Below, piece after piece: positions 30,330 through 50,248 of a stretch of DNA of 64,000 nucleotides. Each line of letters starts with the position of its first letter. Positions within the stretch are counted from its first letter, which is position 1. The notes under the pieces were generated by a model. The model was given only the letters and a program-made list of their open reading frames with translations. It did not search any database and was not told the DNA's origin. The DNA is taken from contig CM022674.1 of NCBI GenBank assembly GCA_012295275.1, positions 3,782,001-3,846,000 of the forward strand, read 5' to 3'. The DNA is from Chrysomallon squamiferum (taxonomy: Eukaryota > Animalia > Mollusca). A program made the translations under genes and the position numbers.

Positions 30330-30440
30330 TAATAATAATAACAACAATGATGATGATGATGATAATGATGATGATAATGATAATAATAATGATAATAATA
30401 ATTAATAATAAACCTAGTAATAATAATAATAATAATAATA
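30170..30440. repeat. ~130-bp tandem duplication within an (AAT/GAT)n tract
   Basis: The aacaacaatgatgatg...aattaataataaacctagta block occurs twice (aaacctagta at ~30281 and ~30410). Confidence 0.88.
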
Positions 30441-30453
30441 ATAATGATAATAA

Positions 30454-30508
<55 letters not shown>

Positions 30509-30512
30509 TAAA

Positions 30513-30560
<48 letters not shown>

Positions 30561-31969
30561 AATAAATAGAATTTAATCAATCATCCCATTGATTTTTTAT
30601 TAAAAAAAATAAAAAAAAAAAAAAAATAATTATCTGAAAAATAGAGCTTTCAGGAAAATAGCATAATGAACAGCCTTTTATGATAGCAACAGCATCGTTT
30701 TAAATGCGTAATGACCAGCTTTCTCCCTACCTTAGCTCTGTGTTTTAATGTCATAAAACTTCACAATTATACCATGTCAAATGCACATCTTATAAAAAAA
30801 AAAAAAAAAAAATGTTTTATTATACCCTTTGTTTTCATCGTCGTTTATTTGTTTTGTATTCTTTTATTTCGTTTCGTTTCGTTTCGTTTCGTTTTGTTTT
30901 GTTTTATTATTTACGATTGGAATAGAAGCAAATTTATTTATTTATTTATTTATTTATTTATTAGTTTGTCTGAATGTTTATTATTATCTGTAAGGTTTAA
31001 CAAGTTAATCAAAATTCGTAAGTTAAATTCTTTCAATCTGTATTCTGCATAAATATAGTGATGACGTCGTATTGATACGATTAAAAAGTAGCCGACGTTG
31101 TCGTTACTGTCACTGTACTACGTGAAGTAGTTGAACATTACTTATCTTTTAATAGTGGTCGAGAAAATCTTTATCTTTTAAAAACTCATCTACTCTCATT
31201 TATTTTTGTTAATTTTGATGAAATGACGTCATATCGTTTACGGAAGTTAAATCACCAATAGTGAAATTGTGAAAAAATATAAATAACCGGCCACATGACA
31301 ATTTTGAAAGATATTTTGTCTGTGTGCTGTTAAATTTAAAAAAAAAAAAATTCATCTTTATCTACTGTAATCGACCTTCAATGCATATTAAATGCTTTAC
31401 GCCCAAAACACTATCAGTTATTTTCGTTATACATATATACAACTTGACGTCACAACTATTAATTATTTTCTGTATCAAGTAGTAGAAATAGTAGTAGTAG
31501 TAGTAGTAATAGTACTAGTAGTAGCAGTAGTAGTTGTAACAGTAGTAGCTGCTGTTGTAGAGCGGTAGAAGTAGTTGCTGCAGTCGTGGTAGTTGTAAAA
31601 TATGAATAATTTTAATACGATTTATTGCAGTTCTGATAAAAAAAAAAAAACGATTTATGAGCTTGACTTCAAAATGGGTGAAAAAAAAAAAAAAAAAAAA
31701 AAAATGATGCGTACTGTTAGAACTGTGATTGAAATCTCATACACCGTATCAAAGGCATATCTCAGTAAACTTTGTCTATCATATCACATGCATATTCAGT
31801 ATGTAAAATACGTCCGTATCAGATACACACGAAATAAGCATGTGAGCCGTGCATGGGTTTAATCGGACATCGACTTCCAGGTCTCAGTATCGGCATGTTA
31901 AAGGTTCAGACAGATAATCTGTAACTCTGTACAGTGATAGCGTTTATCTTTGTACCACCCTGTAACCCT

Positions 31970-32040
<71 letters not shown>

Positions 32041-32207
32041 TTCTCTCTCTCTCTCTCTTTACTGTTACTACTACCACTACTACCACTAAAACTACCACTA
32101 CCACTACCACTGCTACTGCTACTACTACTACTATTACCAATAATAATAAGAAGAAGAAGAAGAAGAAGAAGAAAATCCAAACACGTGTAGACATACAGAT
32201 TCATCTA

Positions 32208-32250
<43 letters not shown>

Positions 32251-32663
32251 ATACATACATGCATACATACATACATACATACATACATACATACATACAT
32301 ACATACATACATACATACATACATACATACATACATACATACAAGTTGTATCATGCGCCAGTGCGTTCCCGAATATTGTCTACGCTCAGAGTCTATTTAA
32401 CGCGCTTGTTTAGATTTTTAAAAAGTCACTGATCTGTTGTATATAGTTACCACGGCAACATTTATATTTCGTAGCAACTTGCTTGAAATACGTGCTAATA
32501 GTTTTGTTTTTCAGATCCAAATCAAATAAAAATAATAACAATGTTGTCACAGTAACAACTAAAATTTTGTTTTTCACATCCAAATAAAAATAAACATAAT
32601 AACAATGTTGTCGTAGTAACAACTAAAATTATAGAGAATCTCTCTCCCTCTCCCTCCCCCTCC

Positions 32664-32734
<71 letters not shown>

Positions 32735-32809
32735 CATTAACTGTATCATTCTCTATATATCTATATAACAGCACTCTTCATTTTGTATGTTGACAATATC
32801 TCCCAACAC

Positions 32810-33180
32810 CTGCACTTTAACAACATATACTGAAATCTGCATTAACAACAACTCATGAGTCCTATATGTTAATAACAGCTCCTGACACCTACATGTTAAC
32901 AACAGTTTCTGGCTCCTACATGCTAATAACTGCTCCTATAAAAACCATAGACACCTATCTATATGTCAGTGACAGGTCATGACAGCTAACAAATTACCAA
33001 CAACGCCTGACATCCATAGTTTAATAAAGGTACCTGATCCAGCTATTGTAATAAGAGCACCAGCACCTATATGTTAATAACAGCACGAGCACCTATATGT
33101 TAATAACAGCACGAGCACCTACCTATATGTTAATAACAAACACCTTACATCTCTGTTCTTAATAACAGTTCGTCAAATTC
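32810..33180. repeat. Degenerate ~26-27 bp minisatellite (cacctatatgttaataacagctcctga)
   Basis: Clear copies at 33060-33140 with degenerate copies on either side; the same unit recurs at ~35730-35870, ~38436-38470 and ~40740-40890. Confidence 0.85.
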
Positions 33181-33942
33181 AATGTTAATGAGCTTCTGAC
33201 ACGTATTTTGTTATTAGAAGGCTGGGAGGGGTTGGAATGTTCTCTGAAGGTGCTGTATAAGTGTAGCTACGTCTTCAGTGTGGCGTTCACGAAGCGGTGA
33301 TTACGTTCAGCAACGTCCCCCGACTCCCCGGGACAGTCAGTTCTCCGCCCAGTCACGAATATTGGACGCCCTCTTGCTTAGCACTAATCCCTAATCTTCG
33401 TCAAGCAACAACCGAAGCCAGATGACGAATCACATACATTTTTTTTCATTATTTTATTATTTTTTTTTTTTTTTTTACGTGAATTCATTATTTCTTTTAA
33501 AATCCCAATATTTTTTGGTGATTTGATAATAAAAAAAAAAAAACAGGTGCCAAAAGCAATACCAATTTCCGGACGACAAGACACACAAAACGCTAGATGA
33601 AGAATAGATGAGGGGGTAGGGGTAGGGAAAGATACAATTCATTTCATCATATTTAATAATAGTCGATTAACTTTCCCCTTTTTAGTCCTTCCTAGGTACT
33701 ACTCCTTTTTATTTATTTATTTATTTTATTCTTTTTTTTCAGTCATGTCCATTCTGCCTGCCCGCAAGCAAGAACAAAACGGTACAGAGGTCAGCTGTAC
33801 TCTAAGTGCCTGACGTCATTGACCTACGTGGGTCAAAAGATCGTGCAGAGATTTAGTGGTTGTGACGTACCACTACCGTCCTCCGATCAGTCCACGTGAC
33901 TTTATCAATCCGTTATCTCCCGTTCCAACCAGTTCCTCTCTG

Positions 33943-33982
<40 letters not shown>

Positions 33983-33999
33983 TATTTTATCATCAAAAT

Positions 34000-34045
<46 letters not shown>

Positions 34046-34221
34046 CATTGATAACCTTAAATAATGATAATGATGGTAATAGTAATAAATAAATAAATTA
34101 ATTAATTAAAATAGAAAGAGGTTTTTTTATGACATAACAGTTAAGCATACTGTTTTATAAAAAAATATATATATATTATTTATACATTTATTTATTTATT
34201 TATTTTCTTCTGTTTTATTAC

Positions 34222-34270
<49 letters not shown>

Positions 34271-34619
34271 TTAATTTCTTCAAAATTATTAAAAAGTAAT
34301 AAAAATAATAAAATTTAAATATAAAATAAATCAGTGATATAACGTGTTCGTAATAACATAAATCGATATTAGTAAAGAAACATTTTCAAATCAAAGTACT
34401 ATAAACTGAATAATAATATTACATTAATGTTCCATTAAGAAAGTAATATTATATTATATTAAATAAAATAAAATAAAATAAATAAATAATGTAATAAAAT
34501 AAAATAAAATAATAAAAATTCAAAGCAGTAATAAACAAAATTATTTTGGCGTGAATGAAACTGGCAGGTGACATCTCAATGACATTTTGTAATAATGATT
34601 TGAACGTGATTGACACTGA

Positions 34620-34672
<53 letters not shown>

Positions 34673-35037
34673 CAATAACAACAACAACAACATCAGGGAG
34701 AAGAAGAAGAAAAGAAAATTTCTAGAACAACTATTTCTATTTTAAAACTCACATGTTTGACAAACAACTTGTTAGCACACACACATACCCACACACAAAC
34801 ACATCCACACACACACACACACACACACATACACACATACATACATACATACTATACAAAACTTCCGACATGAAATTTTCTTAGAAATTTAGACAAATAT
34901 TTCTCCTTTGCTTGGCTTTCGAATTTTTCTTTTCTTTTCTAGAAATATTTTTAATTGTTCGATGAAAAATTGCTTCACATGATCATCTATATGTAAAATA
35001 ATGATGAGTATAATAAAAACAATAATAATAATAATAA

Positions 35038-35068
<31 letters not shown>

Positions 35069-35560
35069 AAGAAGAAGAAGAAAAATAAGAAGAAGAAGGA
35101 GAAGAAAATCCAAAAACGTGTACACATACAGATTCATTTAAGGAGAAGAAAATCCAAACAAATGTATACACATACAGATTCATTTACACACACACACACA
35201 TACATACACACACACACATACATACATACATACATACACACACAAATACATACATACACACATACATACATACATACATACATACATACATACATACATA
35301 CATACATACATACATACATACATACATACAAGTTTTCTCATGCGTCAGTGCGTTCCCGAATATTGTCTATGTGCAGAGTCATTTAAGGCAGTTGATTAGA
35401 TTTTAAAAAATGTCACTGAACTGTTGTATTATAGTTACCATGGCAACATTTATATTTCGTAGCAACTTGTTTGAAATACGTGCTAATAGTTTTGTTTTTC
35501 AGATCCAAATAAAAATTAAAGTAATAACAATGTTGTCGTAGTAACAACTAAAATTAAAGA

Positions 35561-35657
<97 letters not shown>

Positions 35658-35900
35658 ATGTTAACTCTATCATTCTCTATATACCTATCCAACAGCTCTT
35701 CGTTTTGTATGCCAATAGTATCCCCCAACACCCTATACCTTAATAACTGCTCCTGAGTCCTACGTTAATAACAGTCCTGACACCTGAATGTTAAGAACAG
35801 TTCCTAGCTCCTACATGTTAATAACTGCTCCTATAAAACTACAGACACGTGTATGTTAATAACAGACCAAGACACTGTAAGCTATTAATAATGATGATGA

Positions 35901-35959
<59 letters not shown>

Positions 35960-36296
35960 AAGAAGAAGAAGAAGAAGAAGAAGAAAGAAGAAGCAGAAGA
36001 AGAAGCAAAAGAAGAAGAAAATAAAGACAGTTGCCAAGAAAGAATTTTCTAGAAATCATATTTCTAATCTGAAACTGTCACGTAAGTGTTGACATCATCT
36101 AGGAACAACTATCTGTATCTTAAAAATCACATTTTCTATGAAAAACAACTTGTTGTTCATCTAAATGTATCATATGGGATCGCCGCAGAATAATAATTAA
36201 AATATATATAACATATATTTTTAAATTCAGTTCGATAACTTTATAAACACTTTGAACTCAACAGCTTCTAGCGATTTAAAGAAACTGCTACTGCTG

Positions 36297-36335
<39 letters not shown>

Positions 36336-36662
36336 TTACCACCACTACCACTAAAACTACCACTACCATTACCACTGCTACTGCTACTACTACTACTACC
36401 ACTACTACTAATAATACAACAACAACAACTACTACTACTATTACCAATAATAATAATAATAATAATAATAATAAGAAGAAGAAGAAGAAGAAGAAGAAGA
36501 AAAAGAAAAAGACAGTTGCCAGGAAAGAATTTTCTAGAAATCATATTTCCAGTTTAAAACTGTCACGTTTTCTTTGGCAGACAACTTGTTGTTCATCTAA
36601 CTGTTGACGTCATCTTGGATCTGAATACTAACCACATCATAAACACTTACTGATTTAAAGAA

Positions 36663-36696
<34 letters not shown>

Positions 36697-37349
36697 TTAC
36701 TACTTTTTTTTTTCGAAGTGAAAAAACGTTGATCTTTCGTTTTTCATCTGGATGATTATGTGAAGTTATTTTTCAACGAAATATTAAAAAATAATTCTAG
36801 CAAAAGGAAAAATTACTACTACTACTACTACCACCACTACCATTACCAATACCACTACTACTACTACTACTACCACCACCACCACCACTACTACTAGTAC
36901 TGCTGCTGCTGCTACTACTACTACTAACTAATAACAATATTAATATTAATAATAATAAGAAGAAGAAGAAAAAGAAAAATCCAAATACATGCATAGAGGT
37001 TCATTTACATACGTAAGTACAAACAAACAAACAAACATACATAAATACATACATACATACATACATACATACATACATACATACATACAAACATACATTC
37101 ATGCAAACATTCAGAATCGAAACGTTTTTAGATACGTAGACAAATAATTCTCCATTGCTTGGGTTTCGAATTTTTCTTTTCTAGATATATTTTTAATAGT
37201 TCGATGAAAAATAGCTTCACGTGATCATCCAGATGTAAAACAATGATGAGTATCACTGAACTACTACTACTACCACCACCACCACTAAAACTACCACTAC
37301 CATTACCACTGCTACTGCTACTACTACTACTACTAATAATAGTAATTAA

Positions 37350-37417
<68 letters not shown>

Positions 37418-37680
37418 GAGAAATACAATTACCAGGAAAGAATTTTCTAGAAATCATATTTTAATTTGAAACTGTCACATAAGTGTTGACATCATCTAGG
37501 AACAACTATCTGTATCTTAAAACTCACATTTTCTCTGAAAAACAACTTGTTGTTCATCTAAAAGTATCATATGGGATCGCCGCAGAATAATAATAAAAAA
37601 ATATATAACATATATTTTTAAATTCAGTTCGATAACTTTATAAACACTTTGAACTCAACAGCTCCTACCGATGAAAAGAA

Positions 37681-37720
<40 letters not shown>

Positions 37721-37797
37721 ATAATAATAATAATAATAAGAAGAAGAAGAAGAAGAAGAAGAAGAAAAATCTAAAAATGTACAGACAGATTCATTTA

Positions 37798-37835
<38 letters not shown>

Positions 37836-38065
37836 AACAAACAAACATACATACAAAAAAACTTCACGTTTTCTTTGGCAGACAACTTGTTGTTTATCCA
37901 AGTGTTGACATCATCTGGGATCTGAATTCTAATTACATCATAAACCCTTACCGATTTAAAGCAACGACTACTACTGCTGTTAGCGTTACTATACTACTAC
38001 TTCTACAATTATTACTTATTACTGTTGTTGTTGTAGTTATTATTATTATTATTATTACTATTATC

Positions 38066-38132
<67 letters not shown>

Positions 38133-38159
38133 TAAAAATAAAGAAATAAATAAACTCGG

Positions 38160-42968
<4,809 letters not shown>

Positions 42969-43433
42969 CTATCTTTTGTTTCATGCAAACAGCCTATAAT
43001 TCGTTCAGGAATAAAATGATATAATGATTATTATTATGATCTGCTTGGTTAATAAAAATTAATAATAGTAATAATAGATTGGTGATGATGGTTGTAGTAC
43101 TATAAGTATACTACTACTACTACAACTACTACTACTGTTACGTTTACTATACTACTACTTCTACAATTATTACTTCCTACTGTTGTTGCTGTAGACATTA
43201 TTATCATCAACATCATCATCATCATTATCCTTATTATTATTATTATTATCATCATTATTATTATTATTATCATTTTTTATTATTATCCTTATTATTATTA
43301 TCATTTATTATTATTATTCTCCTTATTATCATTATTATCCTTATTATTATTATTATTATTATTATTATCATTATTATCCTTATTATTATTATTATTATCC
43401 TTATTATTATTATTATCCTTATTATCCTTATTA

Positions 43434-43489
<56 letters not shown>

Positions 43490-43844
43490 TAAAAAGAAAT
43501 TTAAAAAAAATAATAATAATAAAGTAAAAAATAAAACTGTCAATAATCTCGGTCAACTAAATACCATCCTAGCTAATAACTGTTACAACGACGCAGTAAT
43601 TGTCGTGAGAATGTTAAAAAAAAAAAAAAAAACCCCACTAACTGTTGTAATGGCATTTGCTTCAGTGTGAACAAGCAACTTTAGCCATGGAAAAACATAG
43701 ACTGAGATATGTTTTACTGATGGGAGGGAGGTTCAGGGATCGCTACCGCTGAGACTCGAGAAGACTCAGAACCGCCTTCTGTGCATTGCTTCAACATCGG
43801 GTCGTTTTGTGCAGTGGTATTAAATATACTGCTACAATCGCCAC

Positions 43845-44245
43845 TACTACAACTGCTACTACTACTACTACTACTACTACAACCACCTATAACTACAACT
43901 GCTGTTACTACTACTACTGCTACAACCACCACTACTACAACTACTACAACCACCACTACTACAACTGCTGTTACTACTACTACTACTGCTACAACCACCT
44001 CTACTACAACTACTGTTACTATTACTACAACCACCACTACTACAACTACTGTGACTACTACTACAACCACCTCTACTACTACTACAACCACCACTACTAC
44101 AACTGCTGTTAATACTACTACTACTACTACAACCACTACTACTACAACTGCTGTAACTACTGCTACTACTACTACAACCACCTATAACTACAGCTACTGT
44201 TACTACTACTACTACTACTACACCACTACTACAACTACTGCTACT
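43845..44245. repeat. (ACT/ACA/ACC)n array with higher-order unit (actgctgttactactactactgctacaaccacc)
   Basis: Repeated ctgctgttactact...acaaccacc blocks; source of the Thr-rich ORF 43781..44359. Confidence 0.9.
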
Positions 44246-44645
44246 AATAATAATAATGATAGTAGTAATAGTAGTAGCAGTATCAGTAAGAGTAGTAGAA
44301 GTGTAGTAGTGTTAGTAATGCAAGTAGCATTATTACTAGTAGTATTACTTGCTAGATAATATCGCATTTAATAATGTCATATGATAAGAACATAACTCCA
44401 TTAATATATATATATATATGAATTTTAATGTCAAGCTAATTAGATTAATGGCAAACAAAATGTATACTGCGTGACAAAAAAAAAATCAAACATTTAACAC
44501 TCATTATGCTGTGTCAGTATATAATTATTTCTTTTTTTTTTTTTTTTATGGGTTTAAATATTTTATTTCAAATATTTCTTTTTAACTTATATTCTTCCGC
44601 ATAAAATTATACGTAATTAAACTGATTTATATATAGGTAAGAAGA

Positions 44646-44698
44646 GGTAATAGACAGGTAATAGACAGGTAATAGACAGATAGACGGGTAATAGACAG
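44646..44698. repeat. 11-bp micro-array (ggtaatagaca)n
   Basis: ggtaatagaca three times in tandem, then a degenerate and a further copy. Confidence 0.85.
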
Positions 44699-45054
44699 AT
44701 AAATATAGCTAGCTACATGGATAAATACATATACATTAGATCATTGCATAGGTCTATTGCTCATCTGTTTATATTAAAATAAATTAGCAAATAATTTCCT
44801 CAAATTAACAAGAAGAACGTTAGTAATGGTATTTTTATCCAGTAGTAGTAATAGTAAAAGCATTGGTAGCATTAGTAAAAGCAGCAGCAACAACAAAGTA
44901 ACAACAAGAATAATAACAGTATTATTACTAGCTGTAACACAGTTAATAAAAGAAAGGTAATGATAGTTATAATAGTAAATGTAGTATTGCACGTTGTGAT
45001 AGTAGTAGTCGTAGTGAGGTAGTGATGGTAGCAGTAGTGGAAGGAGAAACAGTT

Positions 45055-45102
<48 letters not shown>

Positions 45103-45822
45103 TATATGTGTATGTGAATAGTATGTGACTGGTAATAGTAGCAGTAAACATAGTAAAAGATAGTGTATTAGTTTCAGAATGCACGATGTAGACGTACTAT
45201 TGAAGTATATAATTCCAAAAGCAGTACTGTATATTAGCGTGTGTGTGTGTGAGTTTACGTGTGTTTGTGTGTTGGTGTGTGTGTGTGTGTGTTCTTAGAG
45301 TTCTGTAACAAAAACAAAACCCCAGCAACAATTAAAAAAATAACTGTAAGCAGCAGTAGTTATATCATCATTTTCGACGGCAGAATGACAAAATGATGAT
45401 GATGATGATAACAAAATGATAACAATAATATTAATGTCAGTAATTATGATGATAATGATGATAATAATAATAGGAAAATAATAAAACATAATAATAGCAA
45501 CAACAGTAATGATGATGATGATGATGATGATGATGATAATATAACAACAACAAAAATGATAATAAAACTAATAATAATAATATATAATAAAAACATTATA
45601 ATCACCGATATCGTTAGTCTATAACATCATTTAATAACACTAACCAAAGCACCGACAATAACATCAACTACAACAAGAAAATATAAACACTGATAGAATA
45701 ATTACAAATCATAAGTAAACAAAGAACAAAAAAAAAAAAAAAAAAAAAATGCTACAATAATAACAAATATAAACAAACAAACAAACAAACAAACAAACAA
45801 AACAAAACAACCAACCAACCAA

Positions 45823-45857
<35 letters not shown>

Positions 45858-46412
45858 ATTTAAAGACGCCTTTATCTGTATATACATACACTAGTTCAAT
45901 CCATAATTTTCAGCGCTGGTTGGACATTAATGACGTTACGTTTATTGCATTTCTTTTATTCAGCAGTATACAGCGGTCGGTCGATTCGAAGCGACACTGA
46001 GTCTTGGCGCGTTGCCAAGAAGTCGGCGGTTTTCGAGTACACGATATTTTTGTTTTGTTTCTCAAATTCTCGGTCAAACGTAACGCCCACTAAAGTCGCC
46101 CTCAATGGAGAGACGTTTGTGCAGACGTCCTACAAACAAGACGTGGTGCGATTTACATAACACGATAATATATACAAACACGTTTTATCGATCAACACAA
46201 TCTGTGTGTGTGTGTGTGTGTGTGTGTGTATTTATGTATAATATATATTTATATGTTACTTTCTGAGTAATTACTATACTACTACTTCTGCTGTTGCTAC
46301 TACTACTACCACTACTGGTGTTCTGCTACTACTACTACTACTGGTACTAACAACACTACTATTACTATACAACCATACTTCTGTTACTACTATTACTACT
46401 ACAGAATGCATG

Positions 46413-46444
<32 letters not shown>

Positions 46445-46842
46445 CATACATAGACGCACACACATACACAAATATATACATACATACATTCATACATACA
46501 ATAATACGTACAGAGTATAATTCTTCATTCCCGTAACACTAAAAAACACAAAAAACAACAACAAACTAAAACACACACACACGCACACACACACACACAC
46601 AAAAAAAAAACAACAACACAGCATGCGAGTATGAATGTAAAAGGAGTGGAACCAAACTTAAAATAAGAACAATTGCACGTATGCATTCACGCACGTATTC
46701 CTGTCTACAGACAGACAGACAGACACAAACACACACACACGCACACACCGATATAGTTATAGATAACATATAGAAGCATACATATCTTCTGTTTTCGTTG
46801 TTATTGTTGTTGCTAAATTGTCGTAGCTGAAATATCCATCGA

Positions 46843-46893
<51 letters not shown>

Positions 46894-47364
46894 ATCAAAA
46901 CAGTTCTGAATACAAATCACGTGACATTTGTACCAGGAAGAGATCAATGATTTAAGATGCACACAAATGCACGATTTATTTTCAAATGAAAGTAATATGT
47001 ACTTTTAAACTGAATAATAATATTATGTGAATGTTCTATTAAATAAATACGAAAACAAACGAACAAACAAACAAACAAACAAACAAACAAATAAATAAAT
47101 AAAATAAATAAAAAAAATATACACTTTAGAATTCCAGAATTATTGAGGCACCGGATTTATAAGTTAATATTAATGGCAGACAAAAAAAATAAAATAAAAT
47201 AAAATAAAATAAAATAAATAAATAAATAAATAAATAAACTGTGCTAGAAGACAGCTGAAATGACTTGATAAAATAAAATTTAAAATATTTTAATGAATTT
47301 AAAATACAAACCAAATTAATAATAATAATATTAATAATAATAAAGTAATAATAATACAACCACC

Positions 47365-47396
<32 letters not shown>

Positions 47397-48012
47397 CAAA
47401 AACAACAACAACAACAACAACAATAATAATAATAATAATAATTGTTATTTTTGTTTATAATTTTTATTTCATTTTATTTCATTTCATTTTATTTTATTTC
47501 GTTATTTTCATTCGAAATTTTCAACACCTGACCTATTCCCCATAATCCGCCGCAAACATTCAAGATGGCGGCGACTCGGTTTTATAATTTAATCGTCAGA
47601 TTATACCACGCATCCGGCCTGACATGTTTACTTGCTTGCGCTATCGGTTTAACGAGTCTCCAAAAATATTACTGCCATGTAACGAGGGAATCATTGGGCC
47701 GTATCGTTTTCTCGACGCTACGTAAACAAGGAACAGTGGTTTTACTCGCGTCTGCGTTAAACTCGGAACGCAGACGTATAAACATATACTTCGCGCCAAA
47801 AGAGACAGCGTGAAATTCGAGCCAACTGTTGTGGACGTACTAATTGGAAATGAACAACAACAACAACAAGAGCAACAAGAGCAAGAGCTACAATTGCAAC
47901 AACATCATCGTTAAAACAACAACAACAACAACAATAATTATACAATTTTTAATTTCATTTATTTATTATTATTATTATTAGTAGTAGTAGTAGTAGTAGT
48001 TATTATTATTAA

Positions 48013-48056
<44 letters not shown>

Positions 48057-48214
48057 TCGTCGTCTTTTGACAAGGTATTAATTGTAAAAAGATACTGCTC
48101 TTGATAAAACCTGCTTTCGCTTTTACTGGCATTACTGTTACAAGATACATACTCTGTTTTTCCAAATTACGCAATATTAATTTATTTTTATTTTCTTTCT
48201 TTCTTTTTTCTTTT

Positions 48215-48246
<32 letters not shown>

Positions 48247-49479
48247 TTTTTTTTTTTTTATATTGCAGAGAGTTTGAAACAACAAAATCTTCGTTGAATT
48301 TAAGAAATACCCTTCATAAAAATAACAGAAAGAAACCATTTCGAACTAACAAGAACATTTTAGATAAATATAAAATTAAAAAGTTTTCATTTGGCGTAAT
48401 TGAAATAAGTTAAATTTATTTCAAGAGTTTATTTATTTGGTCACCTTTCTTCTTTCTGGTGTTAACTAACTGGTATTAAAAACAGTTTTAGAATTCAAAT
48501 TGCATATATTAACGGCGCACCGTGCGTTTTTGATGTCGGTAAGTATATATTTAATTATGATGCATAATTTATGGTGATAACTTTCCCAATAACTGCCGGA
48601 AATAAAATTATGGTAACTTCAAACATGACGTATTATGAAAATGTTGCTGAATATTCATTTTATGTTATTAAAAATAAATAAATAAATAATAAATAAATAA
48701 ATAATAATAAAAAAATATTAAAAAAAGAAAAACGAAAAATAATAATCTATCTCTCTCGTAAGCTCTTCATTCCTACCTACATATATACATGTCTGCATAC
48801 ACATAACCGTATACACAAATTGGTATAAAAAAAAAAAAAAAAAAAAAAATTGTTTACTATACAATTTCAGCATGTTTATTTTTACTGTTTAGGTTTGTTG
48901 CTGTTCTTGTTGTTGTTTTTGTAAAATTTTATATTAGTAGATAAATATGTAAAACCTATTAAAAATGTATTTGTTTATTATTATTATTATTATTATTATT
49001 ATTTATTATTATTTTAAATGAATGAATAAACATAAAAATAAATAGAACTAAATAAAATACAATAAAATTAAGAAAAACATAAATGAATATAAAACAAACT
49101 TTTTTTTATTATTAATGAAGAAAGATAATACATTTTTTTTTTAAAGTAAAAGTGAAGTTTTAATACAACCACAACAGCAAAAAAAAAAAAAAAATAATAA
49201 AAATAATAAAAAAAAAATAAAAAAAAAATAAAAAAAAAAAAAATAATAAAAATGAATAAAATAAAATAAAATAAAAACTAAAGTAAAATATTATTAAAAC
49301 GATAGCGCAAAAGAAAATATCACAACAAAAAACAAAACAAAAAAAATAACAAACAAACAATACCATAAATACTATAAATTGTATGTAATATATAATTTCT
49401 TGTATTAGGAAATCAAAGATAAGAAAACAAACAAAAAAAGCTCTTTGTTTTGCTCCATTTTTTAGTTGCATAAGAGCTA

Positions 49480-50247
49480 GCCACCTCAGACATCCATTGA
49501 TCGTTTAACAAACACATCGAAATGTTTGCTCCGGTCATTCGAGGTCAATTGGCTTCGATCGAACAACAAGGCCAGACTCGTAAGACCGGCTCTAGCCTAT
49601 TTATGGCGCGGCTCTCCGCGTGGCTCGGGTCACAAATAAATGCATTGCACCACAGACGTCTCGACGTCACAGTGACGTCACCAGCCCAGACGCCTTTGAT
49701 TACCTTGGGTCAGACCACTGTTCAGTCGATAACTCCCCGCAAAAAAAGAAACCTCACTGTAGCCTGTTCAGTCACTGTTGTGCTTTTGTAGATGACAGTA
49801 GATGTTTTCAGTACGTTTGCAGTTTGTGTAACAGCGTGTGCCAAGCAGTAGAATGTGCAAGTGAAACGGAAAGCCGGTAAAACGAGGGAGGATAACATAA
49901 TGGCAGTAGTAGCTGTCGGTGTTTTTGAAGTGCTTCGCTGCTTTCTCTCACTGAACTGATTGATCACTTTCCATCGCTAGTATCGTCTGCTTAATTACCT
50001 ACGTGTATTACCTGTCGCTGATAAGTTTCTGTTGGCTCGGTGTTTTAGCTGCGTGGAATTCGTGTGGCAGATATCTAGGTCATATAACGAGGGAGGCGGA
50101 CCAAGTAACGGCAAAGCCAAATAGTCTCCCTAGTTGCTTCATCGTCTGCACAATCAGAATCGAGCTTACGCGCTATAACTCAATGTTAGGATCTCCGCAT
50201 AGAGTGAACGTAGGATACAGTAGTGTAGTTTCATTTATAAGTGTTTG
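49480..50247 (+). promoter_or_regulatory. Putative Ski promoter / 5' UTR (GC- and CpG-rich block)
   Basis: Microsatellite-free, CpG-retaining block directly upstream of the ATG. Contains a CRE at 49673-49680, five CAGAC boxes and Inr-like TCAGT motifs near 49722, 49768 and 49808. The TSS cannot be located from sequence alone. Confidence 0.65.
49653..49668 (-). promoter_or_regulatory. Candidate BMP-Smad/Smad4(/Schnurri) element GRCGNC-N5-GTCTG
   Basis: The minus strand reads GACGTC-GAGAC-GTCTG, an exact match to the consensus. Confidence 0.5.
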
Positions 50248-50248
50248 A
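50183..50248 (+). other. Candidate 21-codon upstream ORF whose TGA overlaps the Ski ATG (TGATG)
   Basis: ATG at 50183 reads [21 protein letters not shown]; stop TGA 50246-50248 shares its A with ATG 50248-50250. Confidence 0.5.

Noticed and set aside
43781-44359. Mucin-like Thr-rich ORF
   Set aside because: Built from an (ACN)n array like many others in the window; GTG start and no supporting exon structure.
49596-49606. CArG-like box cctatttatgg in the putative promoter
   Set aside because: It has seven, not six, A/T bases between CC and GG, so it does not match CC(A/T)6GG.
49522-49791. 89-aa ATG ORF upstream of Ski
   Set aside because: No recognisable motif; overlaps the motif-dense putative promoter.
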